A stretch of DNA of 64,000 bases from Octopus vulgaris (lineage: Eukaryota), in contig OX597814.1 in the NCBI GenBank assembly GCA_951406725.2, positions 34,906,001-34,970,000 on the forward strand. Reading direction: 5' to 3'. Within the stretch, counting starts at the first letter, position 1. Every line of letters begins with the position of its first letter. The notes under the pieces are model-generated. The model had not been told where the DNA came from. It worked only from the letters and a program-made list of their open reading frames with translations, and did no database searches. Positions 36,400-50,008 of this stretch are shown here, one piece after another. Made by a program: the position numbers and the translations under genes.

Positions 36400-36995
36400 T
36401 TGTATATTTTATTTTATGTATGTATTTTCATACATATAGCAAAATGTCTAAACATGCTCATATATACATAAATAATAAACTTCTTGAAAGTTTTACAGAT
36501 GTTTACAGTTCCAGTGATGGAGTGGATCTGTAGTCTTCGAGTCAGCTTTCTCCTTTCTGGTTTTGAGAAGCCTAATTTCTCAAGATTGGTATTTAGGCAA
36601 TGCGTTATATATCCCAGTGCTCCAATGACTACAGGTATAAACCCAAACTTGTACTCTGGATAGAGTAGCTGTAGATTTCTCAATAGCTCTTTTTTCGCTG
36701 ATCTTTAGCTTTATGTTAATATCCGCTGGGCAGCAGTTTTCCATAACTTACACAGTATATTTTCTCATCCCAAAGTACTCCCAGGTCTATTATACTTACA
36801 TTTTGCTGAGGTTTCACTGGGACATTTCACCAGTACTCCATTTTATGATGAGTGGCTTCTATTACACTGTGGGTTCTTATTCATTTGGTCTCGGGGTTAT
36901 CTTTTGATGGATCTCATTATATAGTGCCCTAGCTACAACACCATGTCTCATCGGTAGATAATATCATGAGGACATTTTCGGACATCTGCTTATGA
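36400..36995 (-). mobile_element. 3' fragment of an R4/Dong-like element (RLE domain region)
   Basis: Minus strand has CPKMSS..Y.PMRH..VA and LRNLQLLYPEYKFGFIPVVIGALGYI...LQ..SITGTV.ICKTF. Confidence 0.75.
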
Positions 36996-37199
36996 TGCGG
37001 GTGATATCTTCGGTGTTAACTCCATGAAGTCTGCATCGGTTATCATATTTTTCTGCTTTCTTGGATCTCTGTCCCTTTTGTGCATCCAGTATTTGGTTGA
37101 TATTTCTTGTTCCTGGATTGCAAACGAATACCCTTCAAAGTGGGAGTTAGTAATCCGGTTGTTGGTATGTATGTATGTATGTATGTATGTATGTATGTA

Positions 37200-37254
<55 letters not shown>

Positions 37255-37359
37255 GTGTGTGTGCGTGTATGTGTATGTATACAGCGAACACAATTTCCGT
37301 CTTCCAAATTATACTTACAAGGCTTTCTTCAAGCCAAGACTTTAGTAAAAGATACTTTT

Positions 37360-37668
37360 ATTTTTCTCGCCCTTTTCAAGCCTAGCCAGGCTCATGGGCC
37401 TGGTTTCCCGGTTTCTATGACATATGTGTTCCCCCATAGCTGGACGGGACACCAGTCCATCGCAGCGTTACTCAAGAAGCATGAAGAGAAAGTGAGAGAG
37501 AGTTGTGGTGAAAGAGTGCAACAGGGGTCGCCACCAATACCTGCCGGAGCCTCGTGGAGCTTTTAGGTGCTTTCGTTCAATAAACAAACAACGCCCGGTC
37601 TGGGAAGCGAAACCGCGATCCTCCGACCGCGAGTCCGCTGCCCTAACCACTGGGCCATTTCGCCTCCA
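37360..37668 (-). mobile_element. tRNA-derived SINE, head H1 + tail T1
   Basis: TGGAGGCGAAATGGCCCAGTGGTTAGGG head; V-like CTGCGATGGACTGG tail. Confidence 0.88.
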
Positions 37669-38132
37669 TAGACGATACTTATACAAACGGCAAATGGTCA
37701 CAGGATTTGGGAGAAGAATTGAATTTATTGCATAGACTGTTCCATTATATAACTAGCATTTACTATGCACACCCACTTTATCTCGATTGGATTTCAAATC
37801 TGATCACAAACGTACGAAAGAAAATACTGCGAAGCAAAGCACTTACTCCGAGAACCTTACTACACCGTCCCTATCATACATACTTAGCTACAAACATATA
37901 TATATACACACACACATACATACTTACATACATAAATACATACATACATACATACATACATACATGTATACATACTAACATACATGCATACATACATACA
38001 TACATACTTACATACACACATACATACATACTTACATAATACATGCATGCATACATACATACATGCATACATACATACACACACACATACATACATACTT
38101 ACATACATACATACATATATAATACACACATC

Positions 38133-38175
<43 letters not shown>

Positions 38176-38335
38176 CACATGCTTTTATATATATATATAT
38201 ACATATATATAAACGTATATATATATATAAATATATATATATATGTATATATATATAAAAGCATGTGTATATTATATATATATATATATATATATATGTA
38301 CATATGTATATATATATATCTTTTATAAATACATA

Positions 38336-38431
<96 letters not shown>

Positions 38432-38670
38432 CATACATAAGACTTCAAATGTCTGAATATTTCAGCATTATATATGACATTTGTTTTTGCTTTTTTTTGG
38501 TTTTCGAAAAGGTACGATATAATTGGCAACCTGCTGTCATAAAATACAATACAATACTTGCAAGTATTTCACTTCTTTGGTTTAAAACGTTACAACCAAC
38601 GGTAGTTTCTTTTATCGACAACTTCGACTAATATTGTGTAGATTCAGCCGCCAGCTGTCTGGTTTTACAG

Positions 38671-38708
<38 letters not shown>

Positions 38709-38972
38709 CATGCACACACACATACATGCATATACGCATATACTCATATATGTCTACATATATTATATAAGTGTGAGTGTGCACAGATATATATATATAT
38801 ATTTATATATATATATATGTTATATATGTATTTGTGTATGTATATATGTACGTATATTATAAAAGTACATACGTACATACGCGCAAACACACTCATATAT
38901 ATATATACATATATATATACATGTGTATATATATATGTATATATATATGTATCTTTCTTATCGATATATATG

Positions 38973-39042
<70 letters not shown>

Positions 39043-39559
39043 CATGTGTATATATATATATATTTATACCTATTAGGTGTGTCTGTATGTGCGTATGTGT
39101 GTGTGTGTGGATGGGTGTTCTCGAATCGATAAAGCTCGATACTAACACCTTATACTATTCGCTTGATTAGATGGAGTCCTATCGGAAATCTTCCTCTATT
39201 AATAAATCAATAGTAATGATTTCTTTGAAACGGGCGCTATAGAGTAAGAGGTAAGTTCTGGTAAGCAGAGTCTGTGAACCGGTGAGTAGACCATTCACTT
39301 CATTTTACTTCATTTCGTTGCCAATGCATTATGTTGGCGTAAATGTCACAAATTATAATTTCTCTCTTTCTTTCTTATAAGACCTTCAGCCAGTTCAAAT
39401 GGAACTGATATAAACTGGCTTTCTTTCTTATTGGAAAAGAACCAAGAAACCAGTATTTTACATATGAGAGTGATATAAACTAGTGTATGACTGGGATATG
39501 GTTTAGCCACCCACACAACAGACGAATTCGCTGAAATTTGAAGGGCTGGTGACAAAAGT

Positions 39560-42500
39560 TACCCTACCTCAGTTTATGAGAGACAACAATTTCCGAAAAA
39601 GCTCTGGTTGTAATAGCAAAATTTAAGCTGGATCATTAAGGGAAGGCCTCTCGCTCGGTAGTAGTTCAGTAAATATGCAAACTCACAACAGCTGTTATCC
39701 TAATACAGCATCAGTAGATAATAGAACAATGAGGAGGAAGTGGACCAGCGGAAAAAGCAGGATAGTGACGCAGTGCTACTTAGAAAGTGAAACTAAAAGA
39801 AGGGGCTATAGAAAACTGGTGTTAAAACTTTGGGTAGAGAAGGGTATGTCTAAGATTAGTTGATCAAGCTAATGCTATTATAAGAAAGTTGATAACGGAA
39901 CTGGAGGTAGAAGAGATCACAAGAGAACTAGAAAAGAAAGACCTGGCAGTAGGAAAGACAAACAACAACATAAGAAATACTGCTCAAACCAAAGAAGAAG
40001 CTAAAGAAAAAAAAAACAATAGCCCTACCAATAAGGAAGGACAACTAGCACCAACACCTTAAGTTATCTAAGTGAGGAAGATCAGAAGTTGCAGGAAGTA
40101 AAGAGTAAAGAAGTAGGAAAATGATTGCCAGCATTAAAAGGCACCAACAGAAGGAATCTACAAGAAATGACTAGGAAAGTAGATTATGTTATCAGTAGGG
40201 TAGATACTAAAAATATAGGCGACACTAATTTACTGATCCATGCAGGAGGGGTAGTAGTGACCAGAAAATTCGATGCCTCACGAGGAAAGATTAAAAAGAG
40301 CAAATGTGGAAAAGGAGACTACAAAGTAAATTGAAGACTTTAAGACAAGATCTGAGTAGAATAGAAGCCTGGAAACTGAACAAGTTAGGAAACGCAAGAT
40401 GCAAATCTTCTCTTGAGAAAATATACTTAGTCAAAGAGAAAGGATTTGGGACAGTAATAGAAGAGAGTTGAAACAGCGTGTCATAGCAGTAGCAGGCAAG
40501 CTCTCCAGGTATCAGAAAATAATAAGTCAGTACCAACAGAATAGATTATTTGAGATAGACCGGAGGAGATTTTATAACCAAATAAATAGAGGAGAACGAA
40601 GTACTGAAGACGAGAAACTTAATGCAGAAGTTAGAGAATTCTGGAGTAATATTTGAGATAAGCCAGTCAATCATAATGGGGATGCAGTATGGTTAAAGAA
40701 AGTGAGGGAAGAAGTAGTGAGTGAGAAGTAGCCAGATCTAAGATTAGCTAGTGTATTAATGAATAAAGTGTTAAGGAAAATGCTGAATTGGAAGGGCCCA
40801 GGACTAGATTTAGTTCAAGGTTACTGGCTAATGAAATTTAATAGTTTTTCATGGGACGCTGAGGGAACAACTTCATGATTGCCTTAATGGAGGAATAATA
40901 CCAGATTGGATGGCTAGAAAGAGGACAATACTCATCATGAAAGATAAGAGCAAGGGTAATACAGCTAGCGACTATAGACCACCACTTGTTTACCATTAGT
41001 GTTGACAATCAGAATTTACTGCGAGAAGAGCAGAAAGGTTGCGGGAAGAAGGCTGGAGAAAGGCATGATCTATTATACATAGACAAAGCAGTTCTAAATG
41101 AAGTAAAAGCTAGAAACAAAAATCTAACAATAGCATGGATATATTATAGGAAATCCTATGGCATTACCCCTCACTCATAGATAAGTGAATATTTGAGTAT
41201 ATTCAGTATAGCAGACAACATAAGACAATTAATTAGCTGTAGCATGAAGAAATGGAAAGTAGATCTCTACTCAGGTGACACACTGTTAAGGAAAGTTAAT
41301 ATCAAAAGAGGAATTTTTCAGGAGGACTCGTTGTCTCCTTCAATATTTGTCTTATGTTTGACCTCCCTCAGTTTAGTATTAAGGAAGGCAAAAACAGAGT
41401 ATCAGTTCAGAAATAGTAAAGGAAGAATCAACCATTTGCTTTACATGGTTGATCTGAAGCTTTTAGTAGAAATGAAAAAGAGATAGATTCCTTAATACAG
41501 ACTGTAAGACTCTTCAGCAAAGATATAGGCATGGAATTTGGCATAGATAAGTGTGCAATATTAGTCATGAGAAAGGGACAGGTAGTCAACAGCGAAGACA
41601 TCCTATTACCAGATGACTAGACATTAAAATCATTGAAAGGAGGCGAGAGTTATAAGTGTCTAAGAGTATTCGAATCTGACTACCGAAACGAAAACAAAAA
41701 TCGAGAAGGATTACAAGCTAGTGACGTCAAAGCTGAATTGTCCGAATGTAGTGAAGGCTATAAATACTCGGGCAGTATCATTACTTGGATACACAGCACC
41801 TTTTGTAAATAGGACAAAAACTGAATTATCAAAATTAGAAGAACTAGGAAGGAATTCAATATCAATGGGGAACTCCAATCAAGGGCAAGAGTAGCAAGAT
41901 TATACCTAACTAGAAAGGAAGGTGGAAGAGGGTTAATATCAGTAGAGAACTGCGTGGAGTTAGCTAGAGTAGATATAGACTCCTATGTAGGTAGTTGTGA
42001 AGAAAGTTTATTAAAAGTTGCTAGAGTCACTGTAAGACACAGAGAAACCAAAACACCAAACGAACTTAAAAATAAAGACAAAAAAAGACCATAAATTATC
42101 TGACTGGCAGGGGAAGGCGTTGCAAGGTAGATTCCCAAAGATAATTCCATCAATTAGTAGTAGTGAGACATGGTTATGGCTGCAAAAAGGGAAGCTGATG
42201 AGGGAAGAAGAAAGTTTGTTAGTAGCTGCACGAGATCAAGCATTAGATACTAATTGGATTAAAGCCAAGATAGATGAAAACTATGTAGATTCCCAATGTA
42301 GATTATGCAAATCAAAAGAGGAAAGCGTTACTCACATAGTAAGTCAATGTAGCATGCTGGCACAGAAAGAATACAAGAGAAGACATGACAATCTAGGGAA
42401 AGTAATACACTGGGAGCTATGTAGAAATCTAGGATTTGAACATACTGACAGATGGTATGAACACGAACCTGGTGAAGTACTAGAAAGTAAGAAATATAGG

Positions 42501-42576
42501 ATGTTGTGGGATTTCAGCATTCAAACTGACGGAGTAATAGAAGCTAGGAGGCCTGATTTGCTAGTAGTAGTAGTAA

Positions 42577-42635
<59 letters not shown>

Positions 42636-42970
42636 TAAAACGTACGAGATACTTTATAGTCCCAAATGATGAAAAAATTAATATGAGAAGTATAGAAAAA
42701 TAGCAAAGTACTAGGACCTTGCTATTGAATTACAGAGACTATAGAAAGTGCGGGTAAAATGTATCCCAGTATTTATAAGTGCATTGGGAACTATCCTGAA
42801 AGATCTGAACAGATGGATAAAGGGAGTAAGCATAAAACCCAGTTTAGTACAGCTCCAGAAAACAGTGCTATTAGGGACAGCTAGGATACTTAGGAGGGTT
42901 ACTTGTAGTAGCCCGATGTTAGGATTTTTTCCTTTTCCAACAGTCTAATTTATTGAGTGCATATGAAAAT
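39560..42970 (+). mobile_element. Near-full-length decayed R4/Dong-clade (RLE) non-LTR retrotransposon
   Basis: RRKWT..CY..RGYRK N-terminus; RT motifs EEQKGC, GIFQEDSLSP, HLLYMVDLK; CRLCK..ESVTHIVSQC zinc knuckle, RHD, RRPDL and LGTARILRR. Many stops and frameshifts; (GTA)n expansion at 42562-42635. Confidence 0.9.
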
Positions 42971-43253
42971 TCTTCTTCTTCTTCTTCTTCTTCTTCTTCT
43001 TCTTCTTCTTCTTCTTCTTCTTCTTCTTCTTCTTCTTCTTCTTCTTCTTCTTCTTCTTCTTCTTCTTCTTCTTCTTCTTCATATTCTGCTTCTTCTTCTT
43101 CATATTCTTCTTCTTCTTCTTCATATTCTTCTTCTTCATCTTCTTATCTTCTTCTTCTTCTTCTTCTTCTTCTTCTTCTTCTTCTTCTTCTTCTTCTTCT
43201 TCTTCTTCATATTCTTCTTCTTCTTCTTCTTCTTCTTCTTCTTCTTCTTCATA

Positions 43254-43298
<45 letters not shown>

Positions 43299-43335
43299 AT
43301 TTTCTTCTTCATTTTCTTCTTCTTTTCTTTACTTC
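42970..43335. repeat. (TTC)n microsatellite with CATATT interruptions
   Basis: Direct tandem repeat. Confidence 0.97.
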
Positions 43336-43339
43336 TTAA

Positions 43340-43775
43340 ATTATTCCATAGAGATGCTGAAGATAGGACAGACAAAGGAGAAAGGTGGTTGCAGATGGCT
43401 TAAAAGTGATTTAAAATCGGTCGGAAACGTAAACCTTAATCTGTACTACTCAAGAACTAATATCATCAAATGCAGAATAGGCTGTAAAGCAGAAAGCGAG
43501 ACGTGCAGAATTTGTGGGAGAGAATGGGAAGACCGCATGGCATATTACCAGCCAATATACACCACTAGTTCAAAATGAATGTAAGAGGCAGCATGACAAC
43601 TCAGCAAGGAAAGTCCTTTGGCACTTTGATATAAGTATGGGCCTGATAGAGCAGAGAAGTAATACGATCATAAAACCGAAGACATCGAAAATGATACAGC
43701 AAAGGTCCTGTGAGACTTTAATGATTTAGTGTGACATTGATATAGAGAATAGAAAAGCAGGTGTACTGATAACAA
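43340..43775 (+). mobile_element. Second R4/Dong-like fragment (zinc knuckle/RHD region)
   Basis: WLKSDLKS, CRICG..(E)TAWHITSQ, KRQHDN. Confidence 0.7.
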
Positions 43776-43882
43776 CCCCAGAGTAACAAAACTGCGATTG
43801 TAATAGGAATATCATTCCTTAAATGGCTGCACTTAAATCAAATTTTCGAGATTGCACTACCTGAGCAGCTTCGAGGTGTAGA

Positions 43883-44036
<154 letters not shown>

Positions 44037-44430
44037 TAGGAGTGACTGTGTGGTAAGTAGGTTGCTTACCAGCTACATGGCTCAAGGTTCAGTCCCACTG
44101 CGTGGCACCTTGGTCAAGTGTCTTCTACTATAACCTCGTGAGTGGATTTGGTAGACGGAAACTGAAAGAAGCCCGTCGTATATATGTATATATATATATA
44201 TATGTGTGTGTGTATGTGTTTGTGTGTTTGTGTTTGCCCCCCCCCCCCCAACATCGCTTGAAACCGATGCTGGTATGTTTACGTCCCCGTAACTTAGAGG
44301 TTCGGCAAAAGAGACCGATAGAATAAGTACTAGGCTTCCAAAGAATAAGTGCTGGGGTCGATTTGCTCGACTAAAGGCGGTGCTCCAGCATGGACGCAGT
44401 CAAATGACTGAGACAAGTAAAAATGTAAAA
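44037..44430 (+). mobile_element. SINE family B
   Basis: Same head, body and tail as 14417-14826, with a small internal deletion. Confidence 0.88.
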
Positions 44431-44468
44431 GATTTATCTGTCTATTTATCTACATACATACATATATA

Positions 44469-44519
<51 letters not shown>

Positions 44520-44523
44520 TTAT

Positions 44524-44567
<44 letters not shown>

Positions 44568-44614
44568 GTGAATGAATTATCCTATGTTTATCGTTCGTTC
44601 GACTCCATTCTTTC

Positions 44615-44668
<54 letters not shown>

Positions 44669-45334
44669 ACATACATATACATATATGTATGTATACACAC
44701 ACACTCGTACATTTACATACATGTAGATGATAAAACATGCTAAAATTCCAGCAAGGCAACAACCATATGTTAGATGATTAATCCGATTCGAAACCATTAA
44801 AAATTATTTATATGGCGGTACCTGTATATTAGTTGAGATTATCTTTTTATAAAGCTGTTTATTTAATACGCTGATTTTACGTAACTATACAAATTGCATA
44901 AAATGCTTACGGTAATGCAGTGGTTCCCAATGGACCATAAAATTTAAAAATTAATGTAATTCTATTTTAACTGTCGTATTTAGTTTGACAGAACTGTATA
45001 TTTATTTTCTTTCCAAGTTTAAATTTGCTTTGTGTTTCCTTTAACGGTTCTTAAAGTGTCAAGCATTCCTGTATATATTTTGTACGCTATAGACATTTTT
45101 CGACAGAAATAATTAACACCAGTTCAGTAAACAATTGTTTCAGAATTTCATTTAAGAGGGTGATGACAGAAATTAATAATATTACAATATCTATATCAGA
45201 GATTTCAGAGGTTGTCTTGTGTAGTGAACGACTAGGGCACGTTACTGTGTGGCTGTAGTAAGACAGAGCGGCTCGGCAACAGCTATTTATAGGCAAGATA
45301 TCTAGTGTGTGTAAGTGACCACTAAATCTACAGT

Positions 45335-45451
45335 TTTTTTTTTCATTCTTTCTCTGTTTAATTTCTCTTATCCTTTTCTGTTGAAGAGCGTAGGCTCGAA
45401 ACGTAAAGGCGTAAAATGAAAAACGCTTTTACGCTTCGAGCCTACGCTCTT
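45335..45451 (+). mobile_element. PLE terminal-repeat fragment with the CUGUUGA motif and an inverted copy
   Basis: CTGTTGAAGAGCGTAGGCTCGAAACGTA identical to 25928-25955; 45423-45451 is the inverted copy of 45384-45412. Confidence 0.75.
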
Positions 45452-45494
45452 ATATATATGTATATGTATATATGTATATGTATATATGTATATG

Positions 45495-45603
<109 letters not shown>

Positions 45604-46064
45604 GCGACTAGTGTGTTAGAAGACACATGAATGAAAACATATATACTAACAGGGCCCCTAAACGTCCGAAATGTGCCGATCGAGAATTCTTAACGCGTTT
45701 GGTCTTATTTCTAGCAATGTACGTGTTTCCTAGACACATTTAGTGACAGTTATACTTTTCCGTTTTGGTAAAACATTGCAAACTGCTGTTTCTATTAATT
45801 TTATGTGTGTGTGTATGTGTGTGTGCACTCGTATGAGCGTGCACGCCTTTGTATGTGTTTGTGTGTGTATATATATGTATGTATATATTTATAGATAGCT
45901 ATGTAGACAAATAGATTTAGATACATACGCATATACATACATATATATATATATATAAATGTGCAATAGATATCCATATGCATACACGCACATACATACA
46001 TATACGCACACACACACACACACACATATATATATACACACACATCAACACACGGACACACATG

Positions 46065-46111
<47 letters not shown>

Positions 46112-46285
46112 ACACATATATACACAAGTTTCATGCATTGCTTCGAAAGTATTAACTCTTTAGTCACGCTGTAAATTGTGACGATTAGTAATAATAAAAT
46201 GTATATAATTCTCATCTTTTGAGGTCTATTTTTTTTGTTTGTATCATCAAAAACACTCACGTGAATACGTACACACAGACACCCT

Positions 46286-46329
<44 letters not shown>

Positions 46330-47522
46330 TATCGATATATAAGGGTAGAATCCAGGGATTCAAGTGTAGGAATTCTGTAAGCTTCAAGCAATCCTTGGCA
46401 GATATAAATAAAAAATGTACGGTCAAAAACCATAACCTCGAAGGCAGCACACTTTTTCCGATATCGAAGTCACGAGAAAATTCGGTAAGCTGAAAAGTTT
46501 CAGTATAACTCACGGTTAGCAACTAATGTTACTATGCAAACGAATAAAAATCAAAATTTAACTAATTAGAACAGATAAAATCCAGGCTAGCTAATAATTA
46601 CTATTAATAATTAATAACTAATAAATACTTAACGAGAGGTGCTCAACTTAGCTAATGATTTCAACTCACATCTACAATGATGTGAGTTAACTTGGCAATC
46701 CCAAACGACAATGTAGCCTTCATGTAATTAAGGTGCTCTCGGCCTGGCGATTAGCTAATCTGAGCATATCTCCTTAAGTAAATACTACTACATCAGAGGA
46801 TCAGCAAGTTAAGAAGTGTACGTAGGCTGCATTTTAACCGTTCCAGTCGCTCAATCTGTACACGCACACACACACACACATACACACATATATATGTATA
46901 TATATATATATAATACATATATACATATATGTATATATATGCATATATAGGTATATGTTATATATATATATATTCATACATATGTATATATTCACATACA
47001 CATATAGATGTATATATGTGTGAATTCGTAATTCTAGTGTACACACATTTAATTAACTGGAACAACGACAAACTCTAAACAATTAAAGTAAACATGGCAT
47101 AAGAGTGTCCCTCTCTGCAGAATGTATCTGACATCATTCAAGTTCTCACGTTCTTTAGAAGCGAATGTGCTTAGACAAACTAGGAAGAAAATGAAAGACA
47201 TGTTTCGCAATAGCCATCGCGTTTATATACCAGTAAACATACCTGCATATATACATGTCTATTTTTTTTTATCTTTATTTCTTATTTTTATGATGAGAAA
47301 CTATTAAGCTTACAACTGTTGGAGAAACTGCCATGTATAGGCGCAGGAGTGGCTGTGTGGTAAGTAGCTTGTTTACCAACCACATGGTTCGGGTTCAGTC
47401 CCACTGCGTGGCACCTTGGGTGAGTGTCTTCTACTATAGCCTCGGGCCGACCAAAGCCTTGTGAGTGGATTTGGTAGACGGAAACTGAAAGAAGCCCGTC
47501 GTATATATGTATATATATATAT

Positions 47523-48262
47523 AAAATAAATATAAGAGAGTGGTCACTATATGGCTCACTCTAGCACCAGTTAATCCAAAAGGTTTCAACCACGAAAATA
47601 CATGTTTCCCATGAAAGTCAGTACGATTGTTAGCTCACACGGACAGGGCAAATAAAAAATAACAAAAATACAGATTATTTTGGGACAATTGTTTCGCTAT
47701 TAATGAATTAAATGTAATTTTACTTACAAAAAAAATCCATTTGTAGCTCGTCAGCCCAAACTATCTGGATGAAATCCACTCAATCACATGCCAGATTTTA
47801 CCATAACGATAAATACGCGTGTGGTTCAATTGATTACATCCGACGTTATAATTCAAATGCCCCGACTAACAGCGCGCCAAACTTTCACGGAAAACAAATA
47901 CAGCATTTAGAAATAAATGCAGCATAATTATAATTAATTAATAAGGGTGAGAGAATTAGATACTAATTTAATAGTATATCTATTCAACACCAAGTGGCCT
48001 AGTGCTCCGAGAAACCTGGATTATTATAATATTTTATAACATATTATAATATTTTTACAAAATAAATATAAGAGAGTGGTCACTATATGGCTCACTCTAG
48101 CACCAGTTAATCCAAAAGGTTTCAACCACGAAAATACATGTTTCCCATGAAAGTCAGTACGATTGTTAGCTCACACGGACAGGGCAAATAAAAAATAACA
48201 AAAATACAGATTATTTTGGGACAATTGTTTCGCTATTAATGAATTAAATGTAATTTTACTTA
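47523..48262 (-). mobile_element. Non-coding HHR retroelement (retrozyme-like or non-autonomous PLE), partial tandem with 536-nt period
   Basis: 47523-47726 and 48059-48262 are identical 204-bp direct repeats by eye. Contains a complete HHR and no ORF. Confidence 0.8.
47671..47767 (-). ncRNA. Type I hammerhead ribozyme
   Basis: Minus strand CAGAUAGUUUGGG-CUGACGA-GCUA...(extended stem II AAUGGAUU/AAUUCAUU, GUAA/UUAC)...UAGC-GAAA-CAAUUG-UC-CCAAAAUAAUCUG. All core nucleotides canonical; GUC site at 47686-47684. Confidence 0.82.
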
Positions 48263-49012
48263 TATATATATATATGTGTGTATATGTGTGTGTTTGTGTG
48301 TCTGTGTTTGTCCCCCTAGCATTGCTTGACAACCGATGCTGGTGTGTTTATGTTCCCGTTACTTAGCGGTTCGGCAAAAGAGACCGATAGAATAAGTACT
48401 GGGCTTAGAATAGAATAAGTCCCGGGGTCGAGTTGCTCGATTAAAGGCGGTGCTCCAGCATGGCCGCAGTCAAAATGACTGAAACAAGTAAAAGAGTAAA
48501 AGAGTAAAGAGTATGCATGTGTGTATACTTGTATGTGTGCATGTATGTATATGAACGTGTGCGTGTGTGTGTGAGTGTTTATAAATGTATGTCAGTAAAC
48601 ATGTGTGTATGAGTTGGCGCGCACGCCCGCGCGCGTGTGTGTTCACATTTATGAAAACCATTTTTGAACTAATGTTTTGTTTAATCGGTCATTTTGTTAG
48701 AGATGAAATGATCAATAATGGTGTAAATTGCGGTCGGTGCGTTTAAAAATGATTAAACGAATCCCACGTTAAGAGATGTAATCCTGTTAACCTTAAACAT
48801 TAACAAACAGATATTCCGTTTTACGTTCTTCTAACACAAGATTGTATGGAGGCACTTTACAGTTTAGTATCATAAAATATAAAAACGAGCAGGCACACTC
48901 GCGCACGCACGCACGTACCCACACACGTACATACATACATACATGCATACATAATACATACATACATACATACATACATACATACATACACATAATACAT
49001 ACATACATACAT

Positions 49013-49049
<37 letters not shown>

Positions 49050-49081
49050 ATCTCACTCGCAAAAACACGCACAATTAATTT

Positions 49082-49393
49082 TTTTATTTATGCGCCTTTT
49101 CAAGCCTCACCAGGCTCATGGGCCCGGTGGTTTCCCGCTTTCTATGGCGTATGTGGTCCCCCCAGCTGGACGGGACGGGACGCCAGTCCATAGCAGCGTT
49201 ACTCAAGGAATAGGAAGAAAGAGTGAGAGAGAAAGAAGAGTGGCGAAAGAGTACAACAGGGGTCACCACCAGCCCCTGCCGGAGCCTAGGTGTTTTCGCT
49301 CAATAAACACACACAACACCCGGTCTGGGAATCGAAACGGCGATCCTCCGACCGCGAGTCCGCTGCTATAACCACTGGGCCATTTCGCCTCCA
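49082..49393 (-). mobile_element. tRNA-derived SINE, head H1 + tail T1
   Basis: Close match to 37360-37668. Confidence 0.88.
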
Positions 49394-49681
49394 TCACGCA
49401 CAATTTAGCCGGTTGAAATTTGTAGTTGTTCGATACCGACAGTTTCATCGGGCGAAAATCGTACGATTCTTAATTGAAAATAAATTTCAAACGAAAAGAA
49501 ACCAACAGAAAACTTATTCCCTCTTTCTGTGAATCTCCGCCACATCCACTAGATGTGCATTCAAAGTTTGAGATGAAGATTATGTGCAATACATTTTCGA
49601 AGTAACTAAGAGGAAACGGCAGTATTATCTCCCCTTCTCTTGACATTCAGCTGTATTCAGCAATTTGTTTTTGGAACTAAC

Positions 49682-50008
49682 GTGAAGGCGCGTGGCTTAG
49701 TGGTTAGGTTATTCGGCTCATGATCGTAAGGCCGTGAGTTCGATTCCTTGTGATACGTTGTGTTCTTGAGCAAGGCACTTTATTTCATGTTGCTTCAGTT
49801 CACTCAAAAATGAGTTTGTGCCTGTACTTCAAAGGGCCAGCCTGGTCACATTCTATGTCACACTGAATCTCCCTGAGAACTATGTTAAGGACATGTGTGT
49901 CTTTAAGGTGCTCAACCATTTTCATGCTAATTTCAAGAGCAGGCTGTTCTCTTGATTGAATCAATAGAACCCTCGTTGTTGTACGCGATGGAGATCCAGT
50001 TTTTTTTT
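49682..50008 (+). mobile_element. tRNA-derived SINE, head H2 + tail T2
   Basis: GTGAAGGCGCGTGGCTTAGTGGTTAGG...GTTCGATTCC head; GTACTTCAAAGGGCCAGCC...GAACCCTCGTTGTTGTA tail. Confidence 0.82.

Larger units (their letters stand above)
47340..48512 (+). mobile_element. SINE family B split by a 740-bp insertion in its internal (TA)n
   Basis: 5' half 47340-47522 and 3' half 48263-48512 join to give the normal family B sequence. Confidence 0.9.

Noticed and set aside
39490-39570. Possible HDV-like ribozyme at the 5' end of the R4/Dong element
   Set aside because: Could not assemble the nested double pseudoknot by eye; needs a motif search.
47523-48262. LTR retrotransposon or TRIM interpretation of the direct repeats
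   Set aside because: No TG...CA termini, PBS or PPT seen; the repeat boundary cuts through the ribozyme, which fits a partial tandem.
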